Made by a program: the position numbers and the translations under genes. This document shows positions 22,776 to 35,109 of a DNA stretch of 64,000 nt, piece by piece. The notes under the pieces are model-generated. The model searched no databases and was not told the origin of the DNA. It saw nothing but the letters and a program-made list of their open reading frames with translations. Origin of the DNA: Selaginella moellendorffii (taxonomy: Eukaryota; Plantae; Lycopodiophyta). The stretch spans positions 14,652-78,651 of the forward strand of contig NW_003314452.1 of the NCBI RefSeq assembly GCF_000143415.4. Direction: 5' to 3'. The stretch's first letter is position 1. Each line of letters begins with the position of its first letter.

Positions 22776-25700
22776 TGTGAGGTCAAGTGTATAGCTACAA
22801 TAATGTATACTAATATTAGCATAGTGGGATTTTGGTAGCCATCAGATTAGTTTCAATATAAACTAGAGTTTTTGGGATAATTGATATGCATATTTTATGT
22901 ATTCTCTTTCTATATTCCATACACTCACATTATTTTATATTCCATGTAATTTCAATTTGAACCACTTGCTTTTGTATATAAACTAGAGTTTTTGGGATAA
23001 TTGATATACACATTTTATGTATTCCCTATCCATATTCCATGCACTCACATTATTTTATATTCCATGCACTCACATTGGTGGAGGTGAGGGGCACGTTTGA
23101 TTATTCTTGAAAAGTGCTTGGATTTGGGATTTTGGTTTAGATTTAACTTTTGCATTATCTAAATTTAGCTCTTTCCATTTCTTTCTTTTATTCTTTCCTT
23201 TTGGGATTTTGGTTTAGATCTAGCTTTTGCATTATCTATATCTCCCTTTCCTTCTAACTTTTTTTAATTTTATTTCTTTTGCTCTTTCTTTTTCATTCAT
23301 CTTTATGGTAGAGCAGTAATCTCCTCCTCCTTTGACTTTGGAGCACAATTGTTTGATGCTATGTGATTGTAGTTGAATAACCAAACTCAGTTGATGGCAG
23401 TATTCATAACACATGGTACAACTCTTATTGCTCTTGGTGCCAATCCTCATGTTCAACTAGAGTTCTTTTATGGGAATCCTTAGGGACAATGTGTACTATT
23501 GGTTCAATCACTTTATAGTGATTGCCATATATCATTCTTGGGATGATACTTGATGTTTGTATGAGTTTCCCACGTGTTTTCAAGGGATGGCGCTGTAGTG
23601 GTATAATGTTTTGAATGTAACTATTCGTGGGGATTAGAGTATTCTTCGAAACGTCTTCAAACACACATTTGGATATGCTGACAATTGTGATGATACTTTC
23701 TAACAATTGCATCGTCTTTGTTAAGGACCATCTAAGTTGGTGATGCAATTTAGTATTTGTTTTCGTAGACTTTTGCTTCATGCGGAGCCAAATATGTTAG
23801 AGTGGATCAAACTAGGAATGTTGTGGCCAACACTTCATCAAAGTTTTGTAGGACTTGTGCATGCACTTGCTCGAACAACCTTTAACAATGCTTTTTGTTT
23901 GCCACAACATTATGAGACATTGCCTTTTCCACTTCTCGCTACACATCTTTTAGCTCCACTTTCTGTGGGAGATGGTTTTGTTTCAATGGAGGTTGATGTT
24001 ACTACTGCTCAGGTTTAAGGACAAGGGTGAGGATGTGGTCATAGTTGTGATATTCGCTACTGAGCATGTAATGAAGTTGGTCACATTTATCAGTATTGTC
24101 AGCGTTTTCCGAATTGGTAGCTTCTATTTTTTGGGTGGAGACTTTGGCATCAACAATGTCCTGTTGGTATTGTTGTAGTGAAAGGTCTAGATATCGAGAT
24201 GCATCCAGGAAATGAGGAGTCATGCGAGTAATGGAGGGACCTTGCACGAATAAGTCAATGACCCCTCCATCTTTCTTTTGGAAGTATCATCAAAAGGTTC
24301 ATTCGGCATCAGTTCATCTAGTGTTTGCTTTCCAAGCTTATTTTTATAACAAAAGGTATTTTATTATTCTTTTTGTATTGATTCATACATGTTCAAGTTT
24401 ATCTTCTATTGCTCGACTTGTTGCCATATGTTATCACCTATATTTATGTCATGCAGCAGAGTCAGTTTTCATTCTTTATGGCAATGGCCATACATATGCA
24501 TATGCACGGGATGAAGTGAACCTAGTTGTGTATATAGGTGATCTTGAACTTGGACTGCAGTCATTGCCAGTGGTGCCGAGTTAAGCTTTTGACTTCATCC
24601 TTGGTATGGGCGCAATCATGCTAAATGTGATTTTGAGGCTTCTTCCCCTTGTCTCATACTTCCTTATATTTTATCCATTCCTTTCACTTCGAAACATGTT
24701 TGTCCCTTTGCTTCTACTTCTACTTTCATTACTTTTGTCTCCCTATTATTTCCTTTTATATTTCCATTTTGTTCTGCTTTTCCTTTTTTCAATCCCTCGG
24801 TTGACAAGCTCATGAAGGAGTATGCCAATCTCTTTGAGTTTCACCTATCGTCTGGGGCCCAAGATTGCTATATGTCATCTGATTCCAACCAGGGATACTC
24901 ATCCCATCAAAGTTTCTGTTCATCATCAATCTCCCAAAGAGATCAAGATTTTACATGCAAACGTCAAGGAGATGTTGGAAAAGGGTGGTATTCAAAAGTC
25001 ACGGAGTCCTTGGGCATATGAACCTTATCTTGTGACGAAGCCTAATGTGAGTATTCATTTCTACATCGATTATCATTCGTTAAACAAAATGACGATTTTA
25101 GATGTGTATCCTCTTCCTCACCTGTTGATTTCTTAAATCATCTAAAAAGAAGTTGTTAGTTCACTAAGTTAAATCTTGCTTCTGGGTAATGGCAAATACT
25201 AATGGGTGGAGAAGATATTCCTAAGAATACTTTTTATACACCATTTAGTTTGTATGAGGTTTTGGTGATTCTGTTTGGTTTGAACAATGCTTTAGCATTT
25301 TTCCAACAAATGATGGATGGGGTTCTTTGTGATATGCTAAAGGTGATTACTTACTTCATTAGTGATGTTTTGATACACTCGAAGGGGATATGGGAGGAAT
25401 ATATGTTTGTAAAGTGTTAAATTAATTATGGGAAGTTGGTTCAAAGTTGAAGTGGTCGAAGTGTGTATTTGACTCTAATGACACGACTTATTTTGAGTAC
25501 CGTATTTTTTGTGAGGGTTTGCAAGTTGATCCTGACAAGCTTGTGGGTGTTTTAATGTTCCCTACTCCAAAGTGTGTAAATGATATGTAGTGCTTCCTAG
25601 GTAAAGTGTAGTATTTTAGTTATTTTGGGGATCATCTTTTTTATCACATTGCACTATTGTAAGTGCTGTCGAAGTTATCAACATCATCTTTCATCTAGTC

Positions 25701-27406
25701 TGTGGATTGTGAGTAGGCATTCATGGATTTCAAAAAGCTATTGACGACTCTTCCGGTTTTGGCGTATCCTAACTACACTCGACTTTTCATTTTGCACATA
25801 AATGCTTTTGATATTGGTCTTGGAGGTGTATTGATGCAAAAGAGCGTGAGTGTGTTTGGTTAGCGCCATCCCATTGCATATATAAGCCGTATATTACAAC
25901 CAGCAGAAGAAAACTACTTCACGACAGAGAAAGAATATTTAGTAATAATCTGGGGTTTTGAAAAACTTCATGCATATCTACATGGTTCTTGGACATTATT
26001 GGAAGGTGATTATGCTACCATTACTTCATTATTGAAATGAAAAAACCTGATTGGTCATATGACTTGGTAGGCTTTGAAGCTTTAGATATATAATTTTAAT
26101 AATGTTTATCACCCAGGGAGTTCTATGGCTGATGCTAATGCCTTTTCTCGAGCTCCTCTTCCTTATTTGCCCTTTTTTCATATTTCTAACGAGTGTGTTG
26201 TTCTAGCATCTGTGGATTTTCTAGACAAGGATTCTGTGTTGTTAGCAGTTGTTGTATTTATGTTCAATGTCCACAAGGTGTAAAATAGAATTTACCTTCT
26301 CTTGATGAGGTTTGTGAAGCTCAAAAGATTGAGTCATGGATTTAAAGGCTTTATAATGGGTTTAAAAATTTTATATCACTTGCTGATGACTTGCCATTCC
26401 GGCATTTACTTTTTTAATATTACTTTGGAAACAACCTTCTTTATTTTATGGGTACGAATCCTTATGATCGTTTATAGTTGGTAGTGCCTTCAATCTTTAT
26501 TTCATGGTTCCTCCATGCGTACCATGATTCTCCTATTCTAGGCGGGCATATGGGACATCGTTATATGACCAAAAAGCTATGTAAATCTTTTTATTAGCCC
26601 GAGATGCAATGTGATTTTATTCAATATGTGCATAGCTGTGTTTGGTGCTAAGCTCATAATACTACCCCTTGTGCTGCAAAAGGATAGTTGGAGTCAATTG
26701 CAGTTTCCCATCCTTTTGAGTTGGTGGCATTTGATCTTATGGGACTTTTTCCATGATTGACTGCTGATAATGAATATGTTATTATTACCTTTGACTGCTT
26801 AACTTGTTGGGTGGAAGTTGGTGCTCTTCCTAGCGCCTCTGTAACTACTGTTGGATACTTCCTCCTCAATCAAGTGGTGTTCCAACATTTTTTTCTAGAG
26901 CGGATTTTTTCAGATAATGGTCCCACATTTATCGCTGAGGCATTTTATGTTTTGACGTCTCAGTTATGGATACGCCATACGTTCACGAGTGCTTATCATC
27001 TACAGTCAAACGATTTGATAGAACAGCTCATTTAGACATTCAAAGGGATGATCACAAAGCATGTGAATTTTTAGCATTTGAATTGGGATGGTTATTTATT
27101 GTCTCTTCGGGATGCAAATGTCACAGGGGTGTAGAGTTTTGTTGGTGCTTCAGTATATAAACTTTTATATGGTCATGATCCAATATTACTAATGGAGTTA
27201 GAATTACTTTTGTGATTGCCACAAGCTGCCAATGCTAGGTCGTAGGATTAGTATTTGACGGGAATTCTTCCACTTATCCAAGTAGAGTCTACAAAAATCT
27301 AGGTCACGTACAAGTGGGACAACAATAGCACTACAACACCCATCATTGTTTATCTACGGAGTAAAAAGTGGATGAATTAGTGTTAGTTTGTTTTCCCCAT
27401 CCCCAT
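22776..27406 (+). mobile_element. Decayed Gypsy element G1 spanning the A/B junction (5' LTR 22776-23074, PBS, gag-pol; 3' end deleted)
   Basis: TGTGAGG...GCACTCACA LTR with internal duplications; RT motifs DVYPLP and FGLNNA...FQQMMD; truncated at ~27406. Confidence 0.9.
23076..23094 (+). promoter_or_regulatory. Primer-binding site, tRNA-Ala-like
   Basis: TGGTGGAGGTGAGGGG one nt after the LTR; similar to the complement of the plant tRNA-Ala 3' end (TGGTGGAGATGCGGGG). Also present at 46798. Confidence 0.65.
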
Positions 27407-27799
27407 CATAATAAAATATTCCTTATTCTAAGGGTTATAATTTCTTGCTGTTAAACTTTTCTATAATTCATTTTTATCAAGATTTAATTCTAATATTCTT
27501 GGGGGATGAGAAGGGGGGTCTAGCTTCCTATTAGGTGTGTCTATCTTTATTTTACATTTGGCTTAGGTCTAAGCTTAAGATCCATACCATGTTAGCTAGT
27601 GGAGTATTTATATCCTCGGGCTAGACCATTAATATGTTGAAATAATGCTTTAGCTTTGTTTTACATGTTTGTTTTAACGTTGGGATGTTAAAATTTTTAA
27701 GACTATTTTAGTGTTGTTTTGTGCTCCTGTTTCATCACTCCTTAGTTGCATATTCAAGAGTTGTTCCATACTTTTATTTCTTTGTTCATTAGACATATG

Positions 27800-28186
27800 T
27801 GTCAGGAATCCCCCAATTCTTGCCACATTCCTGACTCTCGCCGGATTCCTGACCTGCAGACCACATTCCTGACTCTCGAGACACTTCCCTATTCCTGACT
27901 CTCGAGACACTTCCCGATTCCTGAGTCTCGAGACACTTCCCGATTCCTGAGTCTCGAGCCACATTCCTGATGATGATGTGGCGCCTCCTCGACCTCAGCT
28001 GTATTTAGGCCGTCCTCGATCCAAGAGTGGTGGAGCTTCATCAACCTATAGTATATATAGGTTAGCCTTGTTCCATTTTTCCACAATCTGAATCAACACC
28101 AGTCTAAGGCTTCTTCTTTGTTTTCACTAGCTTTTTCTCTTTGTCTTTAGCATTTTCCAGTCTTGATCTTGTTGGGGGTCTTGACA
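27800..28186 (+). repeat. 5' LTR with internal ~25-bp tandem repeats (ATTCCTGACTCTCGAGACACTTCCC)
   Basis: Repeats at 27825-27970; TATA-like TATATATA at 28052. Confidence 0.97.
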
Positions 28187-28285
28187 GTTTGATTCAGATT
28201 GTGGTTTTTTGCTTTTCTTTTAGCTCGTTTTGATTATTTGATTGCCTTTGTCTTTTTCCCCCTTTTCTTTTCTTTCTTCTTGCCA

Positions 28286-29257
28286 ATGGAGTCTCTAAGC
28301 CATCCTGATTTCTTTGCCGAAGTCCTTGCAAAAATCCAGTCTGAGAATACCGAGCTGAAGGCGACCCTTCTTCGCATGCAGCAGGAGCTTGCTTTACTTT
28401 CGGCTCAAGGATCCAGCAAAGTTCCTGAACCGAAGGTGAGTTTTCCGGCGAAATTTTCAGGCAAGCATTCGGAGCTTCGTGGATTTTTGAACCAAATGGA
28501 GCTGATCTTTGCACTTCAACATCGGCGGTACCCCACTCCCGAGTCTCAAATTGGCGCGATTGGGACGTTGCTCGAGGGTGCAGCTTTGTCATGGTTTTCT
28601 CCTCTTCTGGAGAAGAGCATGAAAGGGGTCGTGGTTCAGGAGCTGACGGATCTTCAATTGTTCAAAGAGAAGCTCGAAGCATGTTTTGGCGAGACGGATC
28701 GGGTTCGGGCTGCTACCACAAAGATGAGACGTCTCTCTCAGGGGTCTCGTCCTGCCTCAATCTACGCTGCAGAGTTCTAACTCCTTGCCTTGGACACTCA
28801 GTGGGATGAGCGGGCCCTGATTGACCAATTTCGTTTCGGCCTCAACAACGGTGTCAAGGATTTGTTGCTCACCATGGAGGATCCCAAGGACCTGTCGGAC
28901 GCCATCAACAAAGCTGTTCAATGTGACAATCGTCTCTTTGAACGTCGTCAGGAAAGTCGCCGCGCCGCTGTTTTTCCGTCCCAGACTCAGGAATCCCAGC
29001 TTGAGTCTTCGGGGCATAGTCCTGAACCTACTACTCCGGTCCCGATGGATATTTCTGGTACTCCTCAACTCATTAGAGGGAAGTTGAGTCCTGCTGAGAG
29101 GCAACGTCGAATATCTCATAATCTTTGCCTCTACTATGCTGATCCTAATCACAAAGCAGCTGTGTGTCCCAGGAAGCCTCCCCGATTGCTCGAGTTCACT
29201 CTGCCTCAGAGTCCACTTCTGTTACAGTCGGGAAACGACCCTGTCCAAACAGAGTAG
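28286..29257 (+). pseudogene. gag: gag of the chromovirus (one premature TAA at 28778-28780)
   Basis: PAKFSG...LRGFLNQ, LSQGSRPASIYAAEF, FRFGL; zinc knuckle CLYYADPNHKAAVC (second Cys replaced by Tyr). Confidence 0.92.
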
Positions 29258-29314
29258 GAGCTGTCTGTTTGGACTCCCCAAATAAAAATCACTTTTCTTC
29301 CTTATCAAGCTCCT
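29230..29314 (+). promoter_or_regulatory. -1 ribosomal frameshift signal (G GGA AAC plus H-type pseudoknot)
   Basis: Slippery heptamer 29230-29236 in the gag/pol overlap; stem 1 29243-29253/29264-29274; loop AGGAGCT pairs with AGCTCCT 29308-29314. Confidence 0.85.
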
Positions 29315-32300
29315 CACCACCTTTCATCAAAGCCACCACCAATTCCCGCAACTTCCGCGTCCCATGTCTCCTTTCTTTCACCGGACAATCAGGACTCAAG
29401 GCTTTGGCGCTACTGGACTCGGGTGCAACTTCCTGCTTCATGGACACGGACTTTGCTGCCCGATATCACGTTCCTCTTTCTCCTACCATACGGGATCTAA
29501 GGGTTGAAGGCATCGGCGGGCATTTTGTGTCTCCATCTTCTGGACTTAGGGAAACGTTGCCCGTTCGAGTACACATCGGGTCCACCGTCACCGATATCGC
29601 CTTCAACATCATCAACAGCAAGTCCTCTTCTGTGGTGCTCGGTCTTCCTTGGTTCCAACTACATCAGCCTCAGATTTGTTGGAAGGACTTACAGCTCATC
29701 TCTCCCACATCACCATCTCCCACGGTTTCCCCTGGTGTTCATCGAGTCCGAATCAGGAAAAGTTCCCTAAACTCAAGTCGGGGTTCTGTTCCTGACTCTA
29801 CGAAGTTTTCATCCTCTTCTTTTTCCTCTCTTCCATCTTACACTAGACAGTATCCTCGTCTCATCATTCCATTTAGTCGTACCCCTTCTCCTATCTCCAC
29901 AATCACTATGAAAGAACTCCTTCATGAAGAACCTCTTTTTCTTTTTGCTTTGCATGTTTCTCCTGTCAGTCTTCCTGAGAAGTATCATGATTTTGGGGAT
30001 GTGTTTGACAAGAAAAAAGCTAGTGTACTGCCTGTTCATCGGCCTTATGATTGTCCCATTGATTTACAGGAAGGAGCGTCACCTCCGTGGGGGCCTATCT
30101 ATGGGTTATCCCCGTCCGAGCTTAAGGCCCTCAAAGAGTACGTGGATGAGAACCTTGCCTCGGGCTACATTCAGCATTCGCAGTCCCCGGCTGGAGCGCC
30201 TGTCTTCTTTGTCAAGAAGAAGGATGGGAGCTTGCGGCTAGTCATCGACTACCGAGGTTTGAACAAGGTGACTGTTTGGAACCGTTATCCGCTGCCCCTG
30301 ATCTCGGACCTGTTGGAACGCCTCGGCGGTGCCCGCTTCTTCACCAAGATCGACCTCCGTGGAGCATACAACCTGATCCGGATCTGGCCTGGTGATGAAT
30401 GGAAGACTGCGTTCCGAACCCGCTATGGCCACTTCGAGTACACTGTCATGCCATTTGGCTTGACAAATGCTCCCGCGGTTTTCCAACACATGGCAAACGA
30501 CATTTTTCGGGAGTTTCTTGATCAGATGGTGATCGTCTACCTTGATGACATCCTCATCTACTCAAAAACTCAGGAGGAGCATGACGAACATGTTCGCAAG
30601 GTGCTAGTGAAGCTGCGAGAACACGGCCTATACGCGAAGCTTGAGAAATGTTCCTTTGATCAGCAGTCTGTGGAGTTCCTTGGGTACATTGTCACTCCTG
30701 AGGGTATCACGATGGATCCTGCTAAAGTCAATACTATTCTCGAATGGGAGCCTCCACAATCAATGTCGGACGTTCAGGTTTTCCTTGGCTTCGCCAACTT
30801 CTACCGCAAATTCATTGATCACTACTCTGACATTGTCCTTCCTCTCACACGTCTCACTCGCAAGGATGTTCCCTTCTCTTGGTCTGCTGCTGCCCAGTAG
30901 GCCTTCGACACACTCAAGGCGGCCTTCAGTTCTGCTCCTGTCTTGATCCATGCTGATTCCTCACAACCTTTCTTCATCGAGGCTGACGCCTCCGACTTTG
31001 CCATTGGTGCTGTGCTGTCTCAACTCGGAGCGGATCACGAACTTCATCCGGTCGCTTTCCATTCTCGGAAATTCCAGCCTGCGGAGATCAATTACGAAAT
31101 CCACGACAAGGAGCTCCTTGCCATCGTGGATTCCTTTGGAGAGTGGCGCCGTTTCTTGGAGGGGGCGAGCCATCAAACAACAGTCTGGACGGATCACAAA
31201 AATCTCGAGTACTTTGCCACTTCCCGAGTTTTAAGCCGTCGTCAAGCAAGGTGGGCACAATTCCTGAGTCGGTTTGACTTTGTTATCAAGTACAGACCTG
31301 GAAAGTTTCAAGGCCTTCCTGATGCTCTTTCAAGGCGCTCCTATCTCAGTCTTAGGCCTGGTAATCCTGCCTTCGATCAACAGGATCAAGTTATCCTCGG
31401 TCCTGATCGGCTTCAAGTTATGGCAATTTCCCTGGCCCCTCAGGACTCCTCCTTGATGGATGCAATCAGAAACAATCTTCAATCCGATGATCTCGCTAGC
31501 GACATTTTCCCCCATCTTCAGGCTGGACACCCAGTGACTCCCGACTGCCGGCGATTTGACGAGTTCGAGTTCTTAGATGGCTTATTGTACCGTGGGGAGC
31601 AGCTTTACGTTCCTGAAGGTGATGCTCGAAGGTTGGTCCTGATGGCGTGCCACGATAGCCCGACTGCTGGTCACTTCGGCATTGCGAAAACCTATGAGCT
31701 AGTTGCACAGGACTTTTGGTGGCCTCACATGGACGACTACATCAAAGCTTTTGTTACCTCCTGTGACACTTGTGCCCGGAATAAGGTACCTCGCCACCTT
31801 CCTTCAGGTTTGCTTCGTTCCCTTCCGGTCCCTTCAGGTCCTTGGGAATCCATCTCCATGGATTTCTTGAGTGATCTTCCGAGTTCTGGAGGCTTCAACA
31901 GCATTTTAGTCGTGGTGGATCGCTTCACAAAGATGGTGCACTTCTTGCCATGTACCAAGGAGTTTTCGGGCGAGGACATGGCAAAACTGGTATTCAGGGA
32001 AATTTTCCGACTTCATGGGATTCCTACAGATGTGGTTTCGGATCGGGGGCCTCAGTTCATCTCTCATTTCTGGCAACGGTTTTTGCAGCTGCTTGGAGTG
32101 AAGGCCAACCTCTCTTCGGCATATCATCCTCAAACTGATGGGCAGTCCGAGCGAACGATTCAGACGTTGGAACAATTCTTGAGGTGCTTCATCAACTATC
32201 ATCAGGATAACTGGTTCGATATCCTTCCCCTTGCTGAGTTTTCCTATAACAACTCTGTTCACTCCTCTCTTCGAGTTTCCCCCTTCTTTGCGAACTCTGG

Positions 32301-33003
32301 CCGAAATCCCCGATTCAATCTCTCACTTCCTTCTCCATCTGAATCCTCTCGTTCAAATCCCCGCTCTGAGGCATTTATCTCCAACCTCCAGGAAATCCAC
32401 AACTCCATCTCCTTCCACCTCCATCATGCTTAGGAATCTCATAAAACATTTGCCAATGTCCATCGTCAGGATTGTCCCCCTTACAATATCGGGGATAAAG
32501 TCTGGCTCCTCAGGCGAAATATCTCCACCACCAGGCCCTGTCCAAAGCTCGATTTCAAACGCCTTGGTCCTTTCCCTATCACTGCCATCATTAATCCTGT
32601 CACTTATCGCCTTGCACTTCCCTCCTCATATCAAATTCACCCCGTTTTTCACTCCTCTCTCCTTGAGCCTTATATTCCCAGTCCTATTCCAAATCGGGTC
32701 ATTCCTCCGCCTCCACCAGTGCAGCTCGAGGATGGGTCTGAGTACGAGGTTCAGGACATCCTTGATTCCAAGATTTCACGGTCTAAACTCTACTATCTAG
32801 TGGACTGGAAGGGTTACGGACCTGAGGAACGCACTTGGGAACCTGCGGACAACCTGATTCATTCTCCTGACCTTGTTCAAAACTTCCACCGCCGCTATCC
32901 TTCTCATCCCAGTCCTCATTTTTTTTCTCCCTCTCCCATCCCTCACCGCTCATCTCATCCTCCTCTTCGTTCTCGTTCACATCCTCGTTCCACTCGTTCT
33001 TGA
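29230..33003 (+). pseudogene. pol: pol (protease-RT-RNaseH-integrase-chromodomain), two premature TAG stops
   Basis: LLDSGAT, YLDDILI, EADASDFAIG, HHCC, SDRGPQF, YEVQDILD...YLVDWKGYGPEERTWEP; stops at 30898-30900 and 32431-32433 within one reading frame. Confidence 0.95.
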
Positions 33004-33014
33004 GGAGGGGGTGC

Positions 33015-33401
33015 TGTCAGGAATCCCCCAATTCTTGCCACATTCCTGACTCTCGCCGGATTCCTGACCTGCAGACCACATTCCTGACTCTCGAGACACT
33101 TCCCTATTCCTGACTCTCGAGACACTTCCCGATTCCTGAGTCTCGAGACACTTCCCGATTCCTGAGTCTCGAGCCACATTCCTGATGATGATGTGGCGCC
33201 TCCTCGACCTCAGCTGTATTTAGGCCGTCCTCGATCCAAGAGTGGTGGAGCTTCATCAACCTATAGTATATATAGGTTAGCCTTGTTCCATTTCTCCACA
33301 ATCTGAATCAACACCAGTCTAAGGCTTCTTCTTTGTTTTCACTAGCTTTTTCTCTTTGTCTTTAGCATTTTCCAGTCTTGATCTTGTTGGGGGTCTTGAC
33401 A
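33015..33401 (+). repeat. 3' LTR of the chromovirus
   Basis: Near-identical to 27800-28186. Confidence 0.97.
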
Positions 33402-34322
33402 ATATGCTTAGGAGTTTGATTCTATCATTTTGTTTAGTGGCCTAAGGCCCTAAAACTTAGGTGTTGCCCTTAGCACACATATCTCAAAAGTTAGGTCTAT
33501 TCCATTGCTATCCTATAGTAATTAAAATGTGAAAATCATGATTTTGTCTTAAGCATATGCTAGAAGATAAAGATGATTTTATCTTGAAGCATATGCTAAA
33601 AGATAACCATGCAAAGTAAAAGAGGATCCATGACAATCAAAAGGTGGTAATATACCCATACAAGCAATAACTTGATAGATATAAAGGAATTCAAAGTGCT
33701 CAACCATATGTTGTGTGGCATCAGAATTAATAATAAGAGTAAAAAACAACTAATAGTTAATAAAGCACCAGTAACATGAGTATGATTGTGTTGAAAATCC
33801 TTAGTTAAAAATAAAATAGGAGAAGATGAGTCATCAATAGTAGTATATGTCTATTGTTGTTATCTATTAGAACTAGTAGCAATATAAGCTTCAGGGACTT
33901 GCCATGGATGAGGAATAACATGAGAAATTGAATAAGTATTATTTAGACGTTGACAAAAAAATTAGGAAATATGGCCAAAATGATTTTAAATATATAGTAG
34001 GGATGGGCGTGGTTGACCAACCTGAAACATCATCTAACTTCTTATTAGGCATGTTTATTTTTGTTTTATGTTTGGCTTAAGTTTAAGCCCAAACTTTGTA
34101 CTATATTAGCTGGTGGAATATCTTTATGTTAGGCCACCATTATGCTAAAATAGTCCTTTAGCTCCATTTTATGTGATAGTTTTGATATTGAAATGCTAAA
34201 AGCTCTATTCCTTATTCCTTTGTTCATTAGCTTTATATATACTCAAGAGTTTTGTTCATCCCTTTGTTTAGTGGCCAAGGCCCTAAAACTTAGGTGCCAC
34301 TCTATTGCCATTAGCACATATA

Positions 34323-34826
34323 TATAAGCTTTTAAATTTGGATTTCTCATGATGTCACTAACCCCAATACTATTTAAACTTAAGGAAATATTTTAAAACC
34401 CTTAACTGATTAAAAAAAAGGGGTGCACTTTTATTTATCCCTTTATATTTGAACTCTATAGATCAATGTCTCAAATCATTCCCTTTGGTTGTTTATAATT
34501 CATTATGTTTCTCTATACAGTTGCAACTCTTTTGACACTATACAAGTCAAGCCCAACTGGAATAAATTAGACTTGCCAAATGTTAATCTCAACACATGGT
34601 ATGATTCCTCTAGCTAACTAAACATCAAACCCGAGACCCTTTTAATACCAAATGTAAACTCCTAAATTTAAATTTTTTGGAAGGTCACCCAATTTAGTTT
34701 ATTCAAACCCAAGAACACTTAACCTCAAGTATTCCAAGACCTCTAACTGATTAAAAAAAAGGTTGCAGTTTTATTTATGGGCCTTTCCCCTTATATTTGA
34801 ACCTTATATATCATCTCTTGAATCAA
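34323..34826 (-). mobile_element. Cassandra-like TRIM, copy B
   Basis: Duplicate of 10556-11068. Confidence 0.72.
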
Positions 34827-35109
34827 TTAGAAACAAACACACGAATCAATTAGAAACTAACTTGAAACCTTCAATCCCCAAGAAGGTTCATGCAAGTGGT
34901 CGTGAGTAAGGATAAACTTGATATTACTAAAATATTCCAAGTCGTGAGAAAATAGATGTGCATTGGTGATAAACTGGAATACAATAGAGAAGTGCTAACT
35001 TTCCCCCTTAACTACTCTTACATGGTGGCAACTACCATTTCTTCATGAGTCATGACTGTCAATTACGGAGCTCTACACTTTCTTTAGAGAGCTGGTCATA
35101 ACTCTAAAA

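Larger units (their letters stand above)
6030..25321 (+). repeat. Segmental tandem duplication, copy A (~19.3 kb)
   Basis: The sequence from 6030 (TTCTTTGTGATATG) recurs from 25323 and stays collinear, with high identity, through 47540. Confidence 0.95.
27800..33401 (+). mobile_element. Full-length young chromoviral Ty3/Gypsy element (Tcn1/Tf1-sushi-like)
   Basis: 387-bp TG...CA LTRs (27800-28186, 33015-33401) with one visible mismatch; TSD ATATG (27795-27799, 33402-33406); PPT GAGGAGGGGG 33002-33011; empty site in copy A at ~9614. Confidence 0.98.

Noticed and set aside
27825-27970. CRISPR-like short repeats
   Set aside because: Head-to-tail repeats without unique spacers inside an LTR; eukaryotic context
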